From: the human T2T-CHM13v2.0 reference genome, Homo sapiens
Strand: one strand, 5' to 3'
Assembly: GCF_009914755.1 (NCBI RefSeq)
Contig: NC_060926.1
DNA length: 64,000 nt
The position numbers were made by a program, and so were the translations under genes. Positions 1-11,000 of this stretch are shown piece after piece. The number at the start of each line of letters is the position of its first letter. The first letter of the stretch is position 1. The notes beneath the pieces are model-generated. The model was not told the DNA's origin. It did not search any database and worked only from the letters and a program-made list of their open reading frames with translations.

Positions 1-60
1 GCAGTTTTGAAACACTCTTTTTGTAATATCTGCAAGAGGATATTTGGATAGCTTTGAGGA

Positions 61-77
61 TTTCGTTGGAAACGGGA
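61..77 (+). promoter_or_regulatory. CENP-B box (first of roughly 188 box positions, one per ~340 bp, in monomers A and C)
   Basis: TTTCGTTGGAAACGGGA matches the 17-bp YTTCGTTGGAARCGGGA consensus with intact nTTCGnnnnAnnCGGGn core. Total count is estimated from spacing. Confidence 0.97.
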
Positions 78-105
78 TTGTCTTCATATAAACTTTAGAC
101 AGAAG

Positions 106-443
106 CATTCTCAGAAGCTTCATTGGGATGTTTCAATTGAAGTTACAGTGTTGAACAGTCCCTTTCATAGAGCAGGTTTGAAACACTCTTTTTGTAGTAT
201 CTGGATGTGGACATTTGGAGCGCTTTCAGGCCTATGGTTTAAAAGGAAATATCTTCCCCTGAAAACTAGACAGAAGCATTCTCAGAAACTTATTTGTGAT
301 GTGCGCCCTCAACTAAGAGTGTTGAAGCATTCTTTTGATAGAGCAGTTTTGAAACACTCTTTTTGTGGAATCTGCAAGTGGATATTTGTCTAGCTTTGAG
401 GATTTCGTTGGAAACGGGATTACATATAAAAAGCAGACAGCAG
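106..443 (+). repeat. Hybrid monomer pair B/D + A/C (length-neutral variant tetramer), 17 copies between 0.1 and 45.2 kb
   Basis: 106-276 starts as B and ends as D (marker ggtttaaaagg); 277-443 starts as A and ends as C (marker aagcattc). Copies are tagged by the spurious 81-aa MLNSPF ORF at 148, 3546, 5586, 9659, 12373, 14746, 18819, 21533, 22213, 23231, 25269, 30021, 31039, 34094, 35112, 43942, 44960. Confidence 0.88.
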
Positions 444-614
444 CATTCCCAGAAACTTCTTTGTGATGTTTGCATTCACGTCACAGAGTTGAACATTCCC
501 TTTCATAGAGCAGGTTTGTAACACTCTTTTTGTAGTATCTGGATGTGGACATTTGGAGCGCTTTCAGGCCTATGGTGAAAAAGGAAATATCTTCCCCTGA
601 AAACTAGACAGAAG

Positions 615-1294
615 CATTCTCAGAAACTTATTTGTGATGTGCGCCCTCAACTAACAGTGTTGAAGCTTTCTTTTGATAGAGCAGTTTTGAAACACTCTTT
701 TTGTAATATCTGCAAGAGGATATTTGGATAGCTTTGAGGATTTCGATGGAAACGGGATCGTCTTCATATAAACTCTAGACAGAAGCATTCTCAGAAGCTT
801 CATTGGGATGTTTCAATTGAAGTCACAGTGTTGAACAGTCCCTTTCATAGAGCAGGTTTGAAACACTCTTTTTGTAGTATCTGGAAGTGGACATTTGGAG
901 AGATCTCAGGAATACGGTGATAAAGGAAATATCTTCCAATAAAAGCTAGATAGAAGCAATGTCAGAAACTTTTTCATGATGTATCTACTCAGCTAACAGA
1001 GTTGAACCTTTCTTTTGAGAGAGCAGTTTTGAAACACTCTTTTTGTGGAATCTGCAAGTGGATATTTGTCTAGCTTTGAGGATTTCGTTGGAAACGGGAT
1101 TACATATAAAAAGCAGACAGCAGCATTCCCAGAAACTTCTTTGTGATGTTTGCATTCAAGTCACAGGGTTGAACATTCCCTTTCATAGAGCAGGTTTGAA
1201 ACACTCTTTTTGTAGTATCTGGATGTGGACATTTGGAGCGCTTTCAGGCCTATGGTGAAAAAGGAAATATCTTCCCCTGAAAACTAGACAGAAG
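615..1294 (+). repeat. Reference canonical tetramer: A 615-785, B 786-956, C 957-1123, D 1124-1294
   Basis: Monomer starts: cattctcagaaacttatttg (A), cattctcagaagcttcattg (B), caatgtcagaaactttttc (C), cattcccagaaacttctttg (D). Lengths 171+171+167+171=680. Confidence 0.93.
1250..1266 (+). promoter_or_regulatory. pJalpha-type box at the homologous position of non-CENP-B monomers (example in monomer D)
   Basis: CTATGGTGAAAAAGGAA (D) and CTRCGGTGAAAAAGGAA / ATACGGTGATAAAGGAA (B) occupy the box position in alternate monomers, as in A-type alphoid monomers. Confidence 0.8.
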
Positions 1295-4200
1295 CATTCT
1301 CAGAAACTTATTTGTGATGTGCGCCCTCAACTAACAGTGTTGAACCTTTCTTTTGATAGAGCAGTTTTGAAACACTCTTTTTGTAATATCTGCAAGAGGA
1401 TATTTGGATAGCTTTGAGGATTTCGTTGGAAACGGGATTGACTTCATATAAACTCTAGACAGAAGCATTCTCAGAAGCTTCATTGGGATGTTTCAATTGA
1501 AGTCACAGTGTTGAACAGTTCCTTTCATAGAACAGGTTTGAAACACTCTTTTTGTAGTATCTGGAAGTGGACATTTGGAGCGCTCTCAGGACTATGGTGA
1601 AAAAGGAAATATCTTCCAATAAAAGCTACATAGAAGCAATGTCAGAAACTTTTTCATGATGTATCTACTCAGCTAACAGAGTTGAACCTTTCCTTTGAGA
1701 GAGCAGTTTTGAAACTCTCTTTTTGTGGAATCTGCAAGTGGATATTTGTCTAGCTTTGAGGATATCGTTGGAAACGGGATTACATAAAAAAGCAGACAGC
1801 AGCATTCCCAGAAACTTCTTTGTGAAGTTTGCATTCAAGTCACAGAGTTGAACATTCCCTTTCATAGAGCAGGTTTGAAACACTCTTTTTGTAGTATCTG
1901 TATGTGGACATTTGGAGCGCTTTCAGGCCTATGGTGAAAAAGGAAATATCTTCCCCTGAAAACTAGACAGAAGCATTCTCAGAATCTTATTTGTGATGTG
2001 CACCCTCAACTAACAGTGTTGAAGCTTTCTTTTGATAGAGCAGTTTTGAAACACTCTTTTTGTAAAATCTGCAAGAGTATATTTGGATAGCTTTGAGGAT
2101 TTCGTTGGAAACGGGATTGTCTTCATATAAACTCTAGACAGAAGCATTCTCAGAAGCTTCATTGGGATGTTTCAATTGAAGTCACAGTGTTGAACAGTCC
2201 CTTTCATAGAGCAGGTTTGAAACACTCTTTTTGTAGTATCTGGAAGTGGACATTTAGAGCGCTCTCAGGACTGCGGTGAAAAAGGAAATATCTTCCAATA
2301 AAAGCTAGATAGAAGCAATGTCAGAAACTTTTTCATGATGTATCTACTCAGCTAACAGAGTTGAACCTTCCTTTGAGAGAGCAGTTTTGAAACACTCTTT
2401 TTGTGGAATCTGCAAGTGGATATTTGTCTAGCTTTGAGGATTTCGCTGGAAACCGGATTACAAATAAAAAGCAGACAGCAGCATTCCCAGAAACTTCTTT
2501 GTGATGTTTGCATTCAAGTCACAGAGTTGAACATTCCCTTTCATAGAGCAGGTTTGTAACACTCTTTTTGTAGTATCTGTATACGGACATTTGCAGCGCT
2601 TCCAGGCCTAAGGTGAAAAAGGAAATATCTTCCCCTGAAAACTAGACAGAAGCATTCTCAGAAACTTATTTGTGATGTGCGCCCTCAACCAACAGTGTTG
2701 AAGCTTTCTTTTGACAGAGCAGTTTTGAAACACTCTTTTTGTGGAACCTGCAAGTGGATATTTGTCTAGCTTTGAGGATTTCGTTGGAAACGGGATTACA
2801 TATAAAAAGCAGACAGCAGCATTCCCAGAATCTTGTTTGTGATGTTTGCATTCAAGTCACAGAGTTGAACATTCCCTTTCAGAGAGCAGGTTTGAAACAC
2901 TCTTTTTATAGTATCTGGATGTGGACATTTGGAGCGCTTTCAGGCCTATGGTGAAAAAGGAAATATCTTCTCCTGAAAACTAGACAGAAGCATTCTCAGA
3001 ATCTTATTTGTGATGTGCGCCCTCAACTAACAGTGTTGAAGCTTTCTTTTGATAGAGCAGTTTTGAAACACTCTTTTCGTAAAATCTGCAAGAGGATATT
3101 TTGATAGCTTTCAGGATTTCGTTGGAAACGGGATTGTCTTCATATAAAATCTAGACAGAAGCATTCTGAGAAGCTTCATTGGGATGTTTCAATTGAAGTC
3201 ACAGTGTTGAACAGTCCCTTTCATAGAGCAGGTTTGAAACACTCTTTCTGTAGTATCTGGAAGTGGACATTTGGAGAGATCTCAGGAATACGGTGATAAA
3301 GGAAATATCTTCCAATAAAAGCTACATAGAAGCAATGTCAGAAACTTTTTCATGATGTATCTACTCAGCTAACAGAGTTGAACCTTTCCTTTGAGAGAGC
3401 AGTTTTGAAACACTCTTTTTGTGGAATCTGCAAGTGGATATTTGTCTAGCTTTGAGGATTTCGTTGGAAACGGGATTGTCTTCATATAAACTCTAGACAG
3501 AAGCATTCTCAGAAGCTTCATTGGGATGTTTCAATTGAAGTCACAGTGTTGAACAGTCCCTTTCATAGAGCAGGTTTGAAACACTCTTTTTGTAGTATCT
3601 GGATGTGGACATTTGGAGCGCTTTCAGGCCTATGGTTTAAAAGGAAATATCTTCCCCTGAAAACTAGACAGAAGCATTCTCAGAAACTTATTTGTGATGT
3701 GCGCCGTCAACTAACAGTGTTGAAGCATTCTTTTGATAGAGCAGTTTTGAAACACTCGTTTTGTGGAATCTGCAAGTGGATATTTGTCTAGCTTTCAGGA
3801 TTTCGTTGGAAACGGGATTACATATAAAAAGCAGACAGCAGCATTCCCAGAAACTTCTTTGTGATGTTTGCATTCAAGTCACAGAGTTGAACATTCCCTT
3901 TCAGAGAGCAGGTTTGAAACACTCTTTTTGTAGTATCTGGATGTGGACATTTGCAGCGCTTTCAGGCCTAAGGTGAAAAAGGAAATATCTTCCCCTGAAA
4001 ACTAGACAGAAGCATTCTCAGAAACTTATTTGTGATGTGCGCCCTCAACTAACAGTGTTGAAGCTTTCTTTTGATAGAGCAGTTTTGAAACACTCTTTTT
4101 GTAATATCTGCAAGAGGATATTTGGATAGCTTTGAGGATTTCGTTGGAAACGGGATTGTCTTCATATAAACTCTAGACAGAAGCATTCTCAGAAGCTTCA

Positions 4201-6052
4201 TTGGGATGTTTCAATTGAAGTCACAGTGTTGAACAGTTCCTTTCATAGAACAGGTTTGAAACACTCTTTTTGTAGTATCTGGAAGTGGACATTTGGAGCG
4301 CTCTCAGGACTATGGTGAAAAAGGAAATATCTTCCAATAAAAGCTACATAGATGCAATGTCAGAAACTTTTTCATGATGTATCTACTCAGCTAACAGAGT
4401 TGAACCTTTCTTTTGATAGAGCAGTTTTGAAACACTCTTTTTGTAATATCTGCAAGAGGATATTTGGATAGCTTTGAGGATTTCGTTGGAAACGGGATTA
4501 CATATAAAAAGCAGACAGCAGCATTCCCAGAATCTTGTTTGCGATGTTTGGATTCAAGTCACAGAGTTGAACATTCCCTTTCAGAGAGCAGGTTTGAAAC
4601 ACTCTTTTTATAGTATCTGGATGTGGACATTTGGAGCGCTTTCAGGCCTATGGTGAAAAAGGAAATATCTTCTCCTGTAAACTAGACAGAAGCATTCTCA
4701 GAATCTTATTTGTGATTAGCGCCCTCAACTAACAGTGTTGAAGCTTTCTTTTGATAGAGCAGTTTTGAAACACTCTTTTCGTAAAATCTGCAAGAGGATA
4801 TTTGGATAGCTTTGAGGATTTCGTTGGAAACGGGATTGTCTTCATATAAACTCTAGACAGAAGCATTCTCAGAAGCTTCATTGGGATGTTTCAATTGAAG
4901 TCACAGTGTTGAACAGTCCCTTTCATAGAGCAGGTTTGAAACACTCTTTTTGTAGTATCTGGAAGTGGACATTTGGAGAGTTCTCAGGAATACGGTGATA
5001 AAGGAAATATCTTCCAATAAAAGCTAGATAGAAGCAATGTCAGAAACTTTTTCATGATGTATCTACTCAGCTAACAGAGTTGAACCTTTCTTTTGAGAGA
5101 GCAGTTTTGAAACACTCTTTTTGTGGAATCTGCAAGTGGATATTTGTCTAGCTTTGAGGATTTCGTTGGAAACGGGATTACATATAAAAAGCAGACAGCA
5201 GCATTCCCAGTAACTTCTTTGTGATGTTTGCATTCAAGTCACAGAGTTGAACATTCCCTTTCATAGAGCAGGTTTGAAACACTCTTTTTGTAGTATCTGG
5301 ATGTGGACATTTGCAGCGCTTTCAGGCCTACGGTGAAAAAGGAAATATCTTCCCCTGAAAACTAGACAGAAGCATTCTCAGAAACTTATTTGCGATGGGC
5401 GCCCTCAACTAACAGTGTTGAAGCTTTCTTTTGATAGAGCAGTTTTGAAACACTCTTTTCGTAAAATCTGCAAGAGGATATTTGGATAGCTTTGAGGATT
5501 TCGTTGGAAACGGGATTGTCTTCATATAAACTCTAGACAGAAGCATTCTCAGAAGCTTCATTGGGATGTTTCAATTGAAGTCACAGTGTTGAACAGTCCC
5601 TTTCATAGAGCAGGTTTGAAACACTCTTTTTGTAGTATCTGGATGTGGACATTTGGAGCGCTTTCAGGCCGATGGTTTAAAAGGAAATATCTTCCCCTGA
5701 AAACTAGACAGAAGCATTCTCAGAAACTTATTTGTGATGTGCGCCCTCAACTAAGAGTGTTGAAGCATTCTTTTGATAGAGCAGTTTTGAAACACTCTTT
5801 TTGTGGAATCTGCAAGTGGATATTTGTCTAGCTTTGAGGATTTCGTTGGAAACGGGATTACATATAAAAAGCAGACAGCAGCATTCCCAGAAACTTCTTT
5901 GTGATGTTTGCATTCACGTCACAGAGTTGAACATTCCCTTTCATAGAGCAGGTTTGTAACACTCTTTTTGTAGTATCTGGATGTGGACATTTGGAGCGCT
6001 TTCAGGCCTATGGTGAAAAAGGAAATATCTTCCCCTGAAAACTAGACAGAAG

Positions 6053-6219
6053 CATTCTCAGAAACTTATTTGTGATGTGCGCCCTCAACCAACAGTGTTG
6101 AAGCTTTCTTTTGATAGAGCAGTTTTGAAACACTCTTTTTGTAATATCTGCAAGAGGATATTTGGATAGCTTTGAGGATTTCGTTGGAAACGGGATTAAT
6201 TATAAAAAGCAGACAGCAG
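6053..6219 (+). repeat. A/C hybrid monomer with junction at the CENP-B box (gggattaattataaaaag); gives a 338-bp dimer unit; 11 copies
   Basis: A-type sequence up to the box, then the C-type tail. Copies are tagged by the MRISLETGLII ORF at 6172, 10245, 12959, 13976, 15332, 19405, 22799, 25855, 30607, 34680, 44528. Confidence 0.88.
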
Positions 6220-8057
6220 CATTCCCAGAATCTTGTTTGTGATGTTTGCATTCAAGTCACAGAGTTGAACATTCCCTTTCAGAGAGCAGGTTTGAAACAC
6301 TCTTTTTATAGTATCTGGATGTGGACATTTGGAGCGCTTTCAGGCCTATGGTGAAAAAGGAAATATCTTCTCCTGAAAACTAGACAGAAGCATTCTCAGA
6401 ATCTTATTTGTGATGTGCGCCCTCAACTAACAGTGTTGAAGCTTTCTTTTGATAGAGCAGTTTTGAAACACTCTTTTCGTAAAATCTGCAAGAGGATATT
6501 TGGATAGCTTTGAGGATTTCGTTGGAAACGGGATTGTCTTCATATAAACTCTAGACAGAAGCATTCTCAGAAGCTTCATTGGGATGTTTCAATTGAAGTC
6601 ACAGTGTTGAACAGTCCCTTTCATAGAGCAGGTTTGAAACACTCTTTTTGTAGTATCTGGAAGTGGACATTTGGAACGCTCTCAGGACTGCGTTGAAAAA
6701 GGAAATATCTTCCAATAAAAGCTAGATAGAAGCAATGTCAGAAACTTTTTCATGATGTATCTACTCAGCTAACAGAGTTGAACGTTCATTTGAGAGAGCA
6801 GTTTTGAAACACTCGTTTTGTGGAATCTGCAAGTGGATATTTGTCTAGCTTTGAGGATTTCGTTGGAAACGGGATTACATATAAAAAGCAGACAGCAGCA
6901 TTCCCAGAAACTTCTTTGTGATGTTTGCATTCAAGTCACAGAGTTGAACATTCCCTTTCATAGAGCAGGTTTGAAACACTCTTTTTGTAGTATCTGGATG
7001 TGGACATTTGCAGCGCTTTCAGGCATAAGGTGAAAAAGGAAATATCTTCCCCTGAAAACTAGACAGAAGCATTCTCAGAAACTTATTTGTGATGTGCGCC
7101 CTCAACTAACAGTGTTGAACCTTTCTTTTGATAGAGCAGTTTTGAAACACTCTTTTTGTAATATCTGCAAGAGGATATTTGGATAGCTTTGAGGATTTCT
7201 TTGGAAACGGGATTGTCTTCATATAAACTCTAGACAGAAGCATTCTCAGAAGCTTCATTGGGATGTTTCAATTGAAGTCACAGTGTTGAACAGTCCCTTT
7301 CATAGAGCAGGTTTGAAACACTCTTTTTGTAGTATCTGGAAGTGGACATTTGGAGAGATCTCAGGAATACGGTGATAAAGGAAATATCTTCCAATAAAAG
7401 CTAGATAGAAGCAATGTCAGAAACTTTTTCATGATGTATCTACTCAGCTAACAGAGTTGAACCTTTCTTTTGAGAGAGCAGTTTTGAAACACTCTTTTTG
7501 TGGAATCTGCAAGTGGATATTTGTCTAGCTTTGAGGATTTCGTTGGAAACGGGATTACATATAAAAAGCAGACAGCAGCATTCCCAGTAACTTCTTTGTG
7601 GTGTTTGCATTCAAGTCACAGAGTTGAACATTCCCTTTCATAGAGCAGGTTTGAAACACTCTTTTTGTAGTATCTGGATGTGGACATTTGGAGCGCTTTC
7701 AGGCCTATGGTGAAAAAGGAAATATCTTCCCCTGAAAACTAGACAGAAGCATTCTCAGAATCTTATTTGTGATGTGCGCCCTCAACTAACAGTGTTGAAG
7801 CTTTCTTTTGATAGAGCAGTTTTGAAACACTCTTTTTGTAAAATCTGCAAGAGGATATTTGGATAGCTTTGAGGATTTCGTTGGAAACGGGATTGTCTTC
7901 ATATAAACTCTAGACAGAAGCATTCTCAGAAGCTTCATTGGGATGTTTCAATTGAAGTCACAGTGTTGAACAGTCCCTTTCATAGAGCAGGTTTGAAACA
8001 CTCTTTTTGTAGTATCTGGAAGTGGACATTTGGAGAGATCTCAGGAATACGGTGATA

Positions 8058-11000
8058 AAGGAAATATCTTCCAATAAAAGCTAGATAGAAGCAATGTCAG
8101 AAACTTTTTCATGATGTATCTACTCAGCTAACAGAGTTGAACCTTTCTTTTGAGAGAGCAGTTTTGAAACACTCTTTTTGTGTAATCTGCAAGTGGATAT
8201 TTGTCTAGCTTTGAGGATTTCGTTGGAAACGGGATTACATATAAAAAGCAGACAGCAGCATTCCCAGTAACTTCTTTGTGATGTTTGCATTCAAGTCACA
8301 GAGTTGAACATTCCCTTTCATAGAGCAGGTTTGAAACACTTTTTTTGTAGTATCTGGATGTGGACATTTGGAGCGCTTTCAGGCCTATGGTGAAAAAGGA
8401 AATATCTTCCAATAAAAGCTACATAGAAGCAATGTCAGAAACTTTTTCATGATGTATCTACTCAGCTAAAAGAGTTGAACCTTTCTTTTGAGAGAGCAGT
8501 TTTGAAACACTCTTTTTGTGGAATCTGGAAGTGGATATTTGTCTAGCTTTGAGGATTTCGTTGGAAACGGGATTACATATAAAAAGCAGACAGCAGCATT
8601 CCCAGTAACTTCTTTGTGATGTTTGCATTCAACTCACAGAGTTGAACATTCCCTTTCATAGAGCAGGTTTGAAACACTCTTTTTGTAGTATCTGGATGTG
8701 GACATTTGGAGCGCTTTCAGGCCTATGGTGAAAAAGGAAATATCTTCCCCAGAAAACTAGACAGAAGCATTCTCAGAATCTTATTTGTGATGTGCGCCCT
8801 CAACTAACAGTGTTGAAGCTTTCTTTTGATAGAGCAGTTTTGAAACACTCTTTTCGTAAAATCTGCAAGAGGATATTTTGATAGCTTTGAGGATTACGTT
8901 GGAAACGGGATTGTCTTCAAATAAACTCTAGACAGAAGCATTCTCAGAAGCTTCATTGGGATGTTTCAATTAAAGTCACAGTGTTGAACAGTCCCTTTCA
9001 TAGAGCAGGTTTGAAACACTCTTTTTGTAGTATCTGGAAGTGGACATTTGGAGCGCTCTCAGGACTGCGGTGAAAAAGGAAATATCTTCCAATAAAAGCT
9101 AGATAGAAGCAATGTCAGAAACTTTTTCATGATGTATCTACTCAGCTAACAGAGTTGAACCTTCCTTTGAGAGAGCAGTTTTGAAACACTCTTTTTGTGG
9201 AATCTGCAAGTGGATATTTGTCTAGCTTTGAGGATTTCGTTGGAAACGGGTTACATATAAAAAGCAGACAGCAGCATTCCCAGAAACTTCTTTGTGATGT
9301 TTGCATTCAAGTCACAGAGTTGAACATTCCCTTTCATAGAGCAGGTTTGAAACACTCTTTTTGTAGTATCTGGATGTGGACATTTGCAGCGCTTTCAGGC
9401 CTAAGGTGAAAAAGGAAATATCTTCCCCTGAAAACTAGACAGAAGCATTCTCAGAAACTTATTTGTGATGTGCGCCCTCAACTAACAGTGTTGAAGCTTT
9501 CTTTTGATAGAGCAGTTTTGAAACACTCTTTTTGTAATATCTGCAAGAGGATATTTGGATAGCTTTGAGGATTTCGTTGGAAACGGGATTGTCTTCATAT
9601 AAACTTTAGACAGAAGCATTCTCAGAAGCTTCATTGGGATGTTTCAATTGAAGTTACAGTGTTGAACAGTCCCTTTCATAGAGCAGGTTTGAAACACTCT
9701 TTTTGTAGTATCTGGATGTGGACATTTGGAGCGCTTTCAGGCCTATGGTTTAAAAGGAAATATCTTCCCCTGAAAACTAGACAGAAGCATTCTCAGAAAC
9801 TTATTTGTGATGTGCGCCCTCAACTAAGAGTGTTGAAGCATTCTTTTGATAGAGCAGTTTTGAAACACTCTTTTTGTGGAATCTGCAAGTGGATATTTGT
9901 CTAGCTTTGAGGATTTCGTTGGAAACGGGATTACATATAAAAAGCAGACAGCAGCATTCCCAGAAACTTCTTTGTGATGTTTGCATTCACGTCACAGAGT
10001 TGAACATTCCCTTTCATAGAGCAGGTTTGTAACACTCTTTTTGTAGTATCTGGATGTGGACATTTGGAGCGCTTTCAGGCCTATGGTGAAAAAGGAAATA
10101 TCTTCCCCTGAAAACTAGACAGAAGCATTCTCAGAAACTTATTTGTGATGTGCGCCCTCAACTAACAGTGTTGAAGCTTTCTTTTGATAGAGCAGTTTTG
10201 AAACACTCTTTTTGTAATATCTGCAAGAGGATATTTGGATAGCTTTGAGGATTTCGTTGGAAACGGGATTAATTATAAAAAGCAGACAGCAGCATTCCCA
10301 GAATCTTGTTTGTGATGTTTGCATTCAAGTCACAGAGTTGAACATTCCCTTTCAGAGAGCAGGTTTGAAACACTCTTTTTATAGTATCTGGATGTGGACA
10401 TTTGGAGCGCTTTCAGGCCTATGGTGAAAAAGGAAATATCTTCTCCTGAAAACTAGACAGAAGCATTCTCAGAATCTTATTTGTGATGTGCGCCCTCAAC
10501 TAACAGTGTTGAAGCTTTCTTTTGATAGAGCAGTTTTGAAACACTCTTTTCGTAAAATCTGCAAGAGGATATTTGGATAGCTTTGAGGATTTCGTTGGAA
10601 ACGGGATTGTCTTCATATAAACTCTAGACAGAAGCATTCTCAGAAGCTTCATTGGGATGTTTCAATTGAAGTCACAGTGTTGAACAGTCCCTTTCATAGA
10701 GCAGGTTTGAAACACTCTTTTTGTAGTATCTGGAAGTGGACATTTGGAACGCTCTCAGGACTGCGTTGAAAAAGGAAATATCTTCCAATAAAAGCTAGAT
10801 AGAAGCAATGTCAGAAACTTTTTCATGATGTATCTACTCAGCTAACAGAGTTGAACCTTTCTTTTGAGAGAGCAGTTTTGAAACACTCTTTTTGTGGAAT
10901 CTGCAAGTGGATATTTGTCTAGCTTTGAGGATTTCGTTGGAAACGGGATTACATATAAAAAGCAGACAGCAGCATTCCCAGTAACTTCTTTGTGATGTTT

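Noticed and set aside
101-125. STAT/GAS-like TTCNNNGAA and heat-shock-element-like GAA/TTC arrays (agaagcattctcagaagcttc)
   Set aside because: This is generic alphoid consensus sequence. The spacing is mostly 3 nt rather than the 2 nt needed for a three-unit HSE, and there is no evidence of function from sequence.
168-190. Imperfect hairpin agag-cag-gttt-g-aaac-a-ctct in each monomer
   Set aside because: Short, bulged, low-stability dyad common to alpha satellite; not a terminator or a distinctive feature of this window.
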